Origin: an uncultured Gemmatimonadota bacterium
Lineage (GTDB): Bacteria; GCA-2686955
Length of the DNA: 64,000 nucleotides
Assembly: GCA_964490075.1 (NCBI GenBank)
Contig: CAZBBK010000017.1
Location: 1-64,000, forward strand
Direction: 5' to 3'
The position numbers and the translations under genes were made by a program. Positions 38,516 through 48,724 of this stretch are shown here, piece after piece (positions within the stretch are counted from its first letter, which is position 1; the number at the start of each line of letters is the position of its first letter). The notes under the pieces were generated by a model that made no database searches, was not told where the DNA came from, and worked only from the letters and a program-made list of their open reading frames with translations.

Positions 38516-41500
38516 ATGTCAATCGCTCTTCCGCTGATCGCGGCGGGCTCGATCCTCGGCGCGACGATGCCGGCCGACACGACCGACGTGCCCGGCGACT
38601 TCCCGACCATCCAGGAGGCGATCGATGCCGCCGGCTGGGGGGATGTCGTGGTGGTGGCGCCGGGCACCTACTACGAGAGCGGCGTGGTGTTCCGCGGCCG
38701 ACCGGTGCGGGTCACCGGCGGTGCGCCAGCGGACAGCAGCGTCGTCGCGGCCACCGTGGTCGACGGCCAGGGCTTGGATACGGTTTTTCGATTTCGCATG
38801 TCGGAGGGGCGGAACACGGTGCTGGCCGGGCTGACGATTCGGGGAGGGGACTACTACGCGGATGGGGGCGGGGTCGACTGCGAGCAGGCATCGCCGACCA
38901 TCGAGGACTGCGTGATTCGGGACAATCGCGGCTCCGGTGGCGGCATCCGCTGCGAGGATTCGTCGCCGAGCTCGATCGAGTGTGGTTGCAGGGCAACCAG
39001 GCGCAGCTCGGAGGCGGCGTCTATGTCCGGGGCACCGGCCGGGTGCTGTCGCAGTGCGTGCTGATCGAGAACAGCGCCGACACCGGAGGGGGCGCCTATC
39101 TGTACGGCAGCTCGGTGAAGCTCGAGCACTGCACGCTGACGCTCAACTCGGCGCAGGAGGCCGGAGGTATCTACGTGCAGGGCACGCAGGTCAAAGTGTT
39201 CGATTCGATCCTCTGGAACAACTCCCCGCAGGAGATCTTCGGCAAGGACCCCAATGTGCAGTTTTCCAATGTAGACGGCGGCTGGTCCGGTGCCGGCAAC
39301 ATCGAAGCCGATCCGCGTTTCTGTGAAGCTCGCTGCAGCGGAATCGACCTTGGACTCGCCGTCGATTCTCCGTGCGCCGGCACCGGGCAAGGAGGCACCG
39401 ACATGGGAGCGTTGCCGCCTTTGTGCGACGCGCCGCGGGACGCACCAGCCGAGCCGATCCGCGTACCCGACGACCAGCCGACGCTCTCCGCCGCCCTGGC
39501 GAGCGCCTGCGAGCGCGACACCATCGTGCTCGCGCCGGGCACCTATCGGGAACATCATCTCGATGTCGAGACTCGCCGCGTGGTAATCCGCTGCGAGGAT
39601 CCCGACAACCCGGCGACCGTGGCCGCGACGGTAATCAGCGGGGACTCCCTGGGTCCGGTGCTGCTCTTCGAGGGCGCCCACACCGGTCGCCGGGCTCTGC
39701 TCGGTGTCACGCTACGCGGAGGCGCTGGCGAGGGCGAGCGGGGCGGCGGCATCACCTGTACCAGCGCGGCGCGGCCCGTCGTCTCGCGCTGTGTCATCAC
39801 CGACAACACCGCGTATGCGGGGGCCGGGATACGCTGCATCGCGGCCAACCCCACGCTCGAGGATTGCACGATCTCCGGCAACCACTCGAAGGGAACCCTT
39901 GGCGCCGGGGGCGGAGTATGCTGCGAACAGGCTCAGCCGATCCTGCGCCGCTGCGCCATCGAGGCGAACCGCGCCGATTTCCGCGGCGGCGGCATCGACG
40001 GCGTAGACTCCTCCCCACGGATCGAAGCCTGTCGCATCGCGGGCGCGATCGATGCCGCGGCGCTCGGCGATTCCGTGGTCGTCGCGCCCGGCACCTATCT
40101 GGAGTCGAGCATCGACTTCTCCGGCAAGGCGATCGCCGTGTCGGGCAGTGCGCCGCTCGACAGCGCGGTCATTGCCTCGACCGTGGTCGATGGTGGTGGC
40201 GACGGTTCGGTGTTTTTGTTTCGCAGCGGCGAGGGGCGGCGGGCGGTGTTGGCGGGGCTGACGATTCGCGGGGGATTCGCTGAGCAAGGCGCCGGGGCGC
40301 TGATCGAGGAAGCCGGCCCCAGTGTGGTTCATTGCGTGTTCGAAGGCAATCTGGCGGCCGGAGACGACGCCCGAGGAGGCGGAGTCCATGCGGATGGCGG
40401 CACTCCAATCTTCCTCGATTGCACATTCCGTGGGAATTCAGCCACCACGGACGACAGCGGTGCTCGAGCAGCCGGAGGCGGTGTCTCGCTTTCTTCGTCA
40501 GTGGTCTCCTTGCAGCGCTGCCGTTTCGAGAGCAACCAGGTCTTCGGAGGCTATGCGCGCGGCGCGGGATTGGCGGCGGTCGACTCGGAAATCGGCGTTA
40601 CGGATTGCGACATCCTGAGAAATGAAACGACCGGCGGTACGACCCTGGCCGGAGGTGGCATTCACGCGGAGGCCTCGACTATCGTCGCGAGCGGTTGCAC
40701 AATGGAGGGCAATCGGAGCTCCGATGGCGCCGGATTCGCACTCGCGGTCGGATGCGAAGCTCACCTCGAGGCGTGCACGGTGAACGACAACATCGGCTCG
40801 GGCACAGCGGGCATCGGCTTGGGTGGGTCGCTGCGCGGGGCAAGCGCCACGCTGGAAGGATGCGAGATCTCCGGGAATTGGATTGCCAGCTGGGATACCT
40901 GGGTCTGCACGACTCAGGGCGGCGGCCTGAGTGTAACCGGTGGTTCTCTGACTCTGCTGGACTGCATCGTGAGCGACAATCTACTGAACGTGTCGTGCAT
41001 GAACGGTGGCGCGGGAGTGGCGGCGGTGAACTCCGACCTCAACATCAAGAGCTCCACTGTAACGAACAACGGCGGCACGGATCACGGTAGCAGCCATCAG
41101 GGGAGCGGGGGGGGGCATCCTCACTCAGGGGGGGACGATCGCGTTGGAAGGATCTCAACTGGTCGGAAACTATGCCAGCTCTGGTGGGGGGGTGTGGATG
41201 GCTGAGACCTCGGGCGAGATCCGGCGCACCGTGATGAGCGACAACGAGGCGGCATGTGACGGCGGCGCTATGCTCTTGTCCGGCGACGGTTTGGCCGTGT
41301 CGCATGTGACCGTGGCGGGAAACAGGTTGGTGAACAGCTGGTGCGGACTCGGGGGAGCCGGAATCCAATGTGAGCGCGGATCGCCGACGCTGAGCAATTG
41401 TCTGATCATCGACAACTTGGCGGCGCCGGGTCACGAAGGCGGTGGCGTCTACTGCTTGAATGGCAGCCCGCTCCTCGAGAACTGCACGATCGTGAACAAC

Positions 41501-41908
41501 CATGCCGAAGCGGTCGGCGGGGGGGCGCATTGTCGAGCCTGGTACGGCTACCAGAGCGAGCCGGAATTCGTGAACTGTGTCATCTGGAACAACACTCCAG
41601 AACAGATCGGCCTGGAAGACGCCGCGGCGATCGTGAGCTACAGCAACATCCAACGCGGCTGGCCAGGAATCGGCAACATCGACGTCGATCCGCTCTTCGC
41701 AACCTTCGGCGAGTACCAGAAACTGCTCGGACCCGGTTCGCCTTGCATCGACCGCGGCGACCCTGCCCGCAGCGATCAGGTCTACGACACCCACCCCGCC
41801 TGGCCCCCGGCACATTCTAACGGTGCGCGCTCCGACATGGGCGCTTACGGAGGGGAGCAGAACGGCGCGTGGTGGCCGCCGCTCGGGGAGCCGGGGCTGG
41901 ACCGCTAG
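38516..41908 (+). pseudogene. Large right-handed beta-helix repeat protein split by two frameshifts
   Basis: Continuous homology over three frames (VPGDFPTIQEAIDAA; GGGI.C...SP; RSDMGAYGG); frameshifts near 38969 and at G9 tract 41107-41115; abrupt internal junction near 40040. Confidence 0.8.
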
Positions 41909-43098
41909 CGGACCCAGAGCCGATTCCCCGGGCCGCCGTAAGCTCCCATGTCAGAGCGTACCTGGTTCGGGTACCAAGGAGGCCACCAGGGATGCCAGTC
42001 CGAGATACCGTCCTCGAGAGCCGGAGATCCGGCGTCGACGCAGGGAGAGCTCGGCGTCGGGGTGCGGTAGAGATCGCGCCAGTCGGTGAGCAGAGGATCG
42101 ACGCTGAGGTTTCCCTGGCCCGGCCAGGGCCCACCGACGTCACAGTAATCCACATCGAGGCTCCCGCCGCCCTGCCGCAGATCCCCGTCCCTGTTTCCCC
42201 AGACGATGCTGTTCTGCACCCGTACGGAAGAGAAGTCGCCCCGCAGCGCGATGCCGTAGTCGAAGTTGTTGATGATGGTGCAGTTGATGGCCATGACGCT
42301 CGACACTCCCTCGCAGGAGAGACCATCATTGGTGCGTCCGTAGAATCCGTTGCTCCCAAGGATGCAATTGCGGAGGATCAAGCGCGTCCCGTAACCGTGG
42401 GCGAAGATGCCCGAGGAGTAGTTGCCGCGAACGATCGAGGCGGCGATCGTCACGGTTCCACCGCAGACAGCGATCCCCCCACCTCCCGGCTGATCGCCCC
42501 CCTGGTTCTCCTCGCTGTTTCCCTCGATCAGACAGCGGAGGATGGTTGCGTCGGAGTTGACGAGTCCGAGTCCTCCGCCGGAGCCGAGTGCGGAGCTGTT
42601 GCGATCCACGTGGCAGTCGACCAACACCGGCGCGGCGTACTCCGCATGAATCCCGCCTCCAGCGGTGCCCCCGATCTTGTTCGCCGTGCAGCGTAGGATC
42701 TCACAGTTGGCGATGATCGGTGCCGCGCGGTTGCAGAGGACTCCGCCGCCGATCGATGCAGTGCCGCGGATCAGCGTGAAACCGACCAGGAGGCTTCCGT
42801 CAACCTCGCTGCCGTTGAACTCCACGACACGACCGGTCTTCCCTCCATCGATTCGGGTCGTGGCCGCGCCGCCGGCGCCATCGACGCTGGCGATCACCAG
42901 CCTCTTGTCTTCGATGCGAAGGTGCTCTCGATAGGTTCCCCGGCTCACCAGCACCGAGTCACCATCGACGGCGGCATCAATGGCCTCCTGGATCGATGCA
43001 TGGTCAGCCGGCACCCGGATTCGCTCGGCCGCGGCATCCCTCGGGAACGTAGAAAGGGTGGCGAGTGAAAAACAGAGTGCTCTGGTCGTATGTCGCAT
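41905..43098 (-). CDS. Right-handed beta-helix repeat protein
   Basis: Signal peptide, VPADHASIQEAIDAA, GGG/NC repeats, SPCVDAG...RSDMGAYGG. Confidence 0.88.
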   Translation of the reverse strand: MRHTTRALCFSLATLSTFPRDAAAERIRVPADHASIQEAIDAAVDGDSVLVSRGTYREHLRIEDKRLVIASVDGAGGAATTRIDGGKTGRVVEFNGSEVDGSLLVGFTLIRGTASIGGGVLCNRAAPIIANCEILRCTANKIGGTAGGGIHAEYAAPVLVDCHVDRNSSALGSGGGLGLVNSDATILRCLIEGNSEENQGGDQPGGGGIAVCGGTVTIAASIVRGNYSSGIFAHGYGTRLILRNCILGSNGFYGRTNDGLSCEGVSSVMAINCTIINNFDYGIALRGDFSSVRVQNSIVWGNRDGDLRQGGGSLDVDYCDVGGPWPGQGNLSVDPLLTDWRDLYRTPTPSSPCVDAGSPALEDGISDWHPWWPPWYPNQVRSDMGAYGGPGNRLWVR

Positions 43099-43274
43099 CT
43101 TCTTCCTCCGGCGCGCCCTTCGATCGGTGGGGCGAACTCTTGAAACCTCCCTCAGGCTAACACCTGCGCCAGCGTGGGGTGGGTCGCGGCAAGTCCGCTG
43201 CTACGTCGGGTACCTGCCGGCCGTTTTGATAGGCTGCTTCCAGCGACTCCGCAGCGCGACCAACGGAAGGTCCC

Positions 43275-44324
43275 ATGAAGCGCTCCCTAGAATGGTCCAC
43301 CGACCACCTGCGATTGATCGATCAGCGCCGCTTGCCCCAAGAGCTGACCTACCTGGAGCTGCGCTCGTGGCCGGAGGTGGTGGAGGCGATTCGCGAGATG
43401 ACGGTGCGCGGGGCGCCGGCGATCGGGGCGGCGGCGGCGTTCGGGCTGGCACTGGCGGGGCGCGCCGCGTGCGACCTGGGACGGAGCGAGTGGCTGGAAC
43501 GCTTCGAGGAGGCCGCGCAGGGGCTGGCGACGGCGCGACCGACCGCGGTGAATCTCAGCTGGGCGATCGATCGCGTGCGGCGACGGATCGGAGGCTGTGA
43601 CGCACCGTCGGGGAAGGAGCTGGCCAAGGTGGCGCTGGACGAGGCGCAAGCGATCGCCAACGAGGATGCGCGGGTGAACGCGGCGCTGGGGGAGCACGGA
43701 GCGGCGCTGGTGCCGGAGGGGGCGCGGATCCTGACGCACTGCAACACGGGGGCGCTGGCGACCGTGGAGTGGGGCACCGCACTAGCGGTGATCTACAAGG
43801 CGCACGCCGCCGGCAAGGCGTTGTACGTGTGGGTCGGCGAGACCCGGCCGCGGCAGCAAGGGGCGCGCTTGACCGCCTGGGAGCTGCAGCGCGCGGGAGT
43901 GCCGATGACGCTGATCAGCGACACCGCGGCGGGGCGGCTCTTCCAGACCGGACGGGTCGACTTGGTGGTGGTGGGAGCGGATCGGGTGGCGGCCAACGGC
44001 GACGTGGTCAACAAGATCGGCACCTACCCGCTGGCGGTGCTGGCCCACCGGCACGGCGTGCCTTTCTACGCGGCGCTGCCTTTGTCGACGATCGACCTGG
44101 GGACGGCGACCGGAGCCGACGCGCCGATCGAGGAGCGAGCGGAGGACGAGGTGCTGCGCATCGACGGCCGGCGCATCGCCCCCGAAGGCGTGCGGGCGGC
44201 CAACCCGGCTTTCGACGTGACGCCGCACCAGCTGGTGACCGGGATCATCACCGAGGTCGGCGTGCTGCGTGCGCCCTACAGGGAGTCGCTGCGGGCCGCT
44301 CTCGATCAGTCGCCGACCACGTGA
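43275..44324 (+). CDS. mtnA: S-methyl-5-thioribose-1-phosphate isomerase
   Basis: VRGAPAIG, ARPTAVNL, LTHCNTGALAT, ETRP..QGARLTAWEL, NPAFDVTP. Confidence 0.96.
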   Translation: MKRSLEWSTDHLRLIDQRRLPQELTYLELRSWPEVVEAIREMTVRGAPAIGAAAAFGLALAGRAACDLGRSEWLERFEEAAQGLATARPTAVNLSWAIDRVRRRIGGCDAPSGKELAKVALDEAQAIANEDARVNAALGEHGAALVPEGARILTHCNTGALATVEWGTALAVIYKAHAAGKALYVWVGETRPRQQGARLTAWELQRAGVPMTLISDTAAGRLFQTGRVDLVVVGADRVAANGDVVNKIGTYPLAVLAHRHGVPFYAALPLSTIDLGTATGADAPIEERAEDEVLRIDGRRIAPEGVRAANPAFDVTPHQLVTGIITEVGVLRAPYRESLRAALDQSPTT

Positions 44325-44725
44325 ACCACGATGCGCCGCAGCGGGGCGTGGGCGCGATGTTCCCAGAGAAAGAGCCCCTGCCAGGTGCCGAGGCCGAGGC
44401 GACCCTCGACCACCGGGATCGATTCGCTGGTCGACGTGAGGGCGGCACGCAGGTGGGAGGGCATGTCGTCAGGGCCCTCGGCGGTGTGCGTGTAGGCCGG
44501 ATCGCCTTCGGGCGCGAGGCGGCGCAGGTAGCGCTCCAGATCCATGCGCGCCGAGGGGTCGGCGTTCTCCTGGATCACCAAGCTGGCCGAGGTGTGCTGG
44601 ACGAAGACCGTGCACAGGCCGGTGCGCAGCGCGGCGGCGCCGACGACGCGGCGCAGCTCGGACGTGATCTCGGTGAGACCGCCGGGACGGCCGCGAACTT
44701 CGATGATCTCCTGGTGCTGGCGCAT
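44306..44725 (-). CDS. yjbQ: YjbQ (UPF0047) family protein
   Basis: HTSASLVIQENADP, EGPDDMPSH, LGTWQGLFLWEHR. Confidence 0.93.
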   Translation of the reverse strand: MRQHQEIIEVRGRPGGLTEITSELRRVVGAAALRTGLCTVFVQHTSASLVIQENADPSARMDLERYLRRLAPEGDPAYTHTAEGPDDMPSHLRAALTSTSESIPVVEGRLGLGTWQGLFLWEHRAHAPLRRIVVHVVGD

Positions 44726-44844
44726 GGCGGGCAGAGTAGCCCGAGCGCGGAGCGAATTCCGAGACCTGGCCCGTGATATCTTCGAACTCCTCGGGCGCGC
44801 GCCGGCGGATGCGACCGCGGGCGCGCGGGATCCCGAGCGCAGCG

Positions 44845-45540
44845 ATGCCACCGATGACTCCTCAACAGGCACTCGATCTCTTCGGCGATCTGCCGCCGCG
44901 GCATATTCGCGCGCTCTTCGAGCAAGCGGCCGTGGTCGACCTGGGCTCGTTGCCGCGCGGCCTGTGGCTGGGGCGCGCCGGAGGTGGGACCCGGATCTTC
45001 AAGTGGATCCTGCGGCGGGTGGCGCGCCGCGACTACTTCGCCAAGCTCCTGATCGAGGATTGGGGCGTGAGCCTGCTTGTGGAGCAGAAGACCGGCCATG
45101 CCTGTCGCTTCAACTCCCGCGGCGCCCCACGGATCGACTTTCCCTTCTGCATCAACTGGGACACCTTCGACTACGGCTATCACATCCTCGGCCAGGACCT
45201 GCCTCAGCCGCCGCTGATGATGCAAGACGAGGTCCGCGCGCTGCCGCTCGCCGACCTGGCCGATGTCGTGCCGGCGTCGCAGTTGGAGCGAATCGGGTTG
45301 ACACGGGCGTCAGCGCTCGGAGCGGCCGGCGCCGGACTGATGCTGGTCGGCTACGTGTCGCCCCTGGGGCTGCACCGCCTGCGCGGCACCCCCTTCGCGA
45401 TGGTGTTCCACCGCAAGGCCACGCGGCCGGAAATCCACGGCGCACGTAGCCACGTGGCGAGCATGCGAGTTTTCGATTCGTCCCCCGGGCCGCGTCGCTG
45501 TCGAGCGCACGAGCCGGCGGCCGTTCCCTTTCCAACCTGA
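44845..45540 (+). CDS. Hypothetical protein
   Basis: Host-like codon usage between yjbQ and gdh. Confidence 0.6.
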   Translation: MPPMTPQQALDLFGDLPPRHIRALFEQAAVVDLGSLPRGLWLGRAGGGTRIFKWILRRVARRDYFAKLLIEDWGVSLLVEQKTGHACRFNSRGAPRIDFPFCINWDTFDYGYHILGQDLPQPPLMMQDEVRALPLADLADVVPASQLERIGLTRASALGAAGAGLMLVGYVSPLGLHRLRGTPFAMVFHRKATRPEIHGARSHVASMRVFDSSPGPRRCRAHEPAAVPFPT

Positions 45541-45600
45541 TAGACCGACAATGCAGGGGGTCATTCTCCACCCTCCCAACCCGAGAGTTGAGCGAAGACG

Positions 45601-46851
45601 ATGAGCGGATACAACCCATTCGCGGTGGCACAAGCACAGCTCGATGAGGCATCTGAGCATCTGCACCTTCCCGACGGCACTCGCCGGCTGCTGCGCAATC
45701 CCCTGCGCGAGCTACACGTCACATTGCCGGTCCGGATGGACGACGGCGGCGTGGAGGTGTTCCAGGGCTTTCGGGTGCAATACAACGACGCGCGCGGGCC
45801 GACCAAAGGCGGCATTCGCTTCCACCCCGACGAGACAATCGACACGGTGCGGGCGCTGGCGGCGTGGATGACCTGGAAGACGGCGGTGGTCGACATTCCC
45901 CTGGGCGGCGGCAAGGGAGGGATCATCTGCGATCCCAAGCAGATGTCCACCGGAGAGCTGGAGCGGCTCAGCCGACAGTACGTGCGCCAGGTCGGTCGCC
46001 TGCTCGGTGTCGACCGCGACTGCCCCGCTCCCGACGTCTACACCACGCCGCAGATCATGAGCTGGATGATGGACGAGTACTCGTGGCAGAAGGGGGCCAA
46101 CGAGTTCGGCATGATCACCGGCAAGCCGGTGGCGATCGGCGGCAGCCTGGGGCGCAACGACGCGACCGCGCGCGGCGGCGTCTACTGCGTGCGCGAGGCG
46201 GGTCCGTTGCGAAATGTCGATGTCAAGGGTGGACGTTACGCGGTACAGGGATTCGGCAACGCCGGCCAGTTCGCTGCTCTGCTCATGAAGGAAGTTCTCG
46301 AAAACGACAACCTGGTGGCAGTGAGCGACTCGTCGGGAGGCGTCTACAATCCTCGCGGAGTCGACCCCGACGAGATCGTGAACTACAAGCTAGAGACCGG
46401 CACCGTGGCCAATTTCCCCGGGACGCGGCCGGTGACCAACCAGGAGCTGCTGGAGCTGGAGGTCGAAATCCTGTTCCCGGCCGCGCTGGATAATGTGCTG
46501 CGCGAAGACAACGCCGCCAAGGTGCAGGCCAAGCTGGTGTGCGAACTGGCCAACGGCCCGACCACGCCCGCGGCCGACCGGATCTTGCACGAGCGAGGCT
46601 GCTACGTGATTCCCGACTTCCTGGCCAACGCCGGTGGAGTCACGGTCTCGTACTTCGAGATGGTGCAGAACAGCTACAACTTCGCCTGGCCGATCGACGA
46701 CGTGTATCAGCGCCTCGACCAGCGGATGACGCGGGCCTTCCATACGGTGTACGAGATCACCGAGAAGGCCGGCGTGCATCCGCGCCTCGGAGCCTACATG
46801 GTGGCGGTCGACCGGGTGGCCGAGGCGATGCGGCTGCGAGGATGGGTATAG
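45601..46851 (+). CDS. gdhA: Glu/Leu/Phe/Val dehydrogenase (glutamate dehydrogenase)
   Basis: RGPTKGGIRFHP, GGGKGG, PAPDV, QGFGNAG, ELANGPTT, NAGGVTVSYFE. Confidence 0.95.
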   Translation: MSGYNPFAVAQAQLDEASEHLHLPDGTRRLLRNPLRELHVTLPVRMDDGGVEVFQGFRVQYNDARGPTKGGIRFHPDETIDTVRALAAWMTWKTAVVDIPLGGGKGGIICDPKQMSTGELERLSRQYVRQVGRLLGVDRDCPAPDVYTTPQIMSWMMDEYSWQKGANEFGMITGKPVAIGGSLGRNDATARGGVYCVREAGPLRNVDVKGGRYAVQGFGNAGQFAALLMKEVLENDNLVAVSDSSGGVYNPRGVDPDEIVNYKLETGTVANFPGTRPVTNQELLELEVEILFPAALDNVLREDNAAKVQAKLVCELANGPTTPAADRILHERGCYVIPDFLANAGGVTVSYFEMVQNSYNFAWPIDDVYQRLDQRMTRAFHTVYEITEKAGVHPRLGAYMVAVDRVAEAMRLRGWV

Positions 46852-46860
46852 AATCCGCGC

Positions 46861-48654
46861 TCAGCATCCCGGCTTGTATCCGTGCATCAGGTAGATGATG
46901 CGATAGACATCGATCAGGTCGATTCCGCCGTTGCCGTCCATGTCGGCGTAGGCGGACTGTAGGACACAGTCGGGCGGCGGACCGACCGCGCCGTAGTAGT
47001 GCCACCACATGGTGAGGATGGCGCACTGCACATCGACCACATCGACCGAGTCGTTGCCATCCAGATCGCCCGCCATCGGATGTTCGTAGGCGCCCATGTC
47101 GGCCACCGGGAAGCCGAGGCCGGTGTCGGGGGCGAAGGACTCGTCGACATCCACCGCACGCGCCAATCCGTCTAGATCGGCCGTCAACGAATCCGGCAAA
47201 ATCTCGCTGTTTCCCGCATCGACCGCCGGCGAGCAAGGGGCCAGACGCAGATCGTCGTCCTCTGTGCCTTCCCAACCGTCGGCTCCTTCCGGATCGAAGA
47301 ACATCGGATCCTGATCGATGTTGCCCTTGGTCTCCGCGATCCCCTGCACGCAGCTGTAGCTCACGTCGAAGGGCGCGGCGAGCGCGAAGAGCTGGGTCGC
47401 GAGATCGTCGTTCTCGTTCGCCGCGCTGTTGTCGCGCACGATGCTGTTCAAGAGCGGCACCGGAATCGGAGACGCTGAGAAGATGCCGGCACCCGCGCCG
47501 TAGGCGTGGTTGCGGGTGATGGTGCAGTGCAGGATGCCGTCGGGAACGCCGACCGGGCCAAAGTAGATGCCCGCGCCGAAGTCCAGCGCCCGGTTTCCGC
47601 TCAGGACAGAGTTGCTCATCTGCAGCGCCCCCGTCGCGAACATGCCGCCTCCCAGACTGGCATAATTGCCGAACAAGCGACAGTCGCGCATGTCCAGGCT
47701 GCCACTGGCGAGCAGGCCGCCCCCACTCTTGCCGGCAGCATTTCCGACAAAAGTGCAGCCGTAGAGACGCAGCGTTCCGCCTACGGCAGCGACGCCGCCT
47801 CCCCGGGAATCGGATCCGCTCACGGCGTTGTCGCGGAAGGCGCAGCCGATCATCTCGAGATCGGCGTGGAAAGCCCCCAGCGCGCCGCCATAGATCACGT
47901 CATCGGGATCGATCGGATCGCTGCTGTAGTTCTCCTCGAAGAGGCAATCCTCGAAGACGACGCCGACTCCGCCGTTGATCTGCACCGCCGCGCCGCCGTC
48001 GTTCTCGTCCATGTTGCCGGAGAAGTGGGCCAGGTTGGAGCGGAAGACGCAGCGCCTGATCTCCACCTGGGAAGGCTCGTAAGCGGGCAAGGCCAGCTTC
48101 AGCGCGGCACCGGCCGCGCCGTCCTCGAGAGTCTTGGCGGCGAAACCGCCGCTGAGCTCGAAACCGTTCAGGGTCGTGTTCCGGGTCAGGGCGAGAATCT
48201 GGTAGCTGTTGTCGTTGAAGGTGGCGAGCGAGTCGAGATCGTCGTTGCCGGCCAGGTCCCCGCTCAGAACCGTCGGATGGCTTGGAGGATCCTGCTCGCC
48301 CAGAGCCAGCTCGTCGCCGGCGAAGCCGCCGTAGAGTCCGACTCGCTTCGGCACATCAAAAAGCGCATCCTGGTCATCGGACTCGATACCCGGTCCGTCG
48401 ACCGGCAGATAGACACCTTAGGCGACCCAGATCTGGCAGGTTGCATTCGGGTCGCCGCCGACGATCAACTCGGCCGACTCGATCGCCGACTGCAGTGAGG
48501 TGTAGGCGGTCGGCCAGCTGGCACCGTTCCCGGGTTCTGGGGCGTTCTGGTCGACGTAGACCACGATCGGATCGCCCAAGGCCGAGGCGCCCAGCAGCAA
48601 TCCGGTGGCGATGCACATGCCGAAGGCATGGCGCACGTACCCTGTCTCGATCAT
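46861..48654 (-). pseudogene. Beta-helix secreted protein with dockerin-like tail, in-frame TAA at 48418-48420
   Basis: ORFs 48418..48684 and 46861..48354 share one frame; paralog reads WVAEGVY (GAA) where this copy has TAA. Confidence 0.8.
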
Positions 48655-48680
48655 TGCTCTCTCCAAGAGATACGAAAAGG

Positions 48681-48708
48681 GCACCCGGGCCCGATCGGGC
48701 CCGGGTGC
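48681..48708 (-). terminator. Perfect palindrome, likely terminator between the paralogs
   Basis: GCACCCGGGCCCGATCGGGCCCGGGTGC followed on minus strand by CCTTTTCG. Confidence 0.6.
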
Positions 48709-48724
48709 GGCTCAGGCTGTATGT

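Noticed and set aside
32266-48420. Genome-wide stop-codon reassignment
   Set aside because: Internal stops are of two kinds (TAG, TAA) and many intact genes end in TAG; decay or assembly error is simpler.
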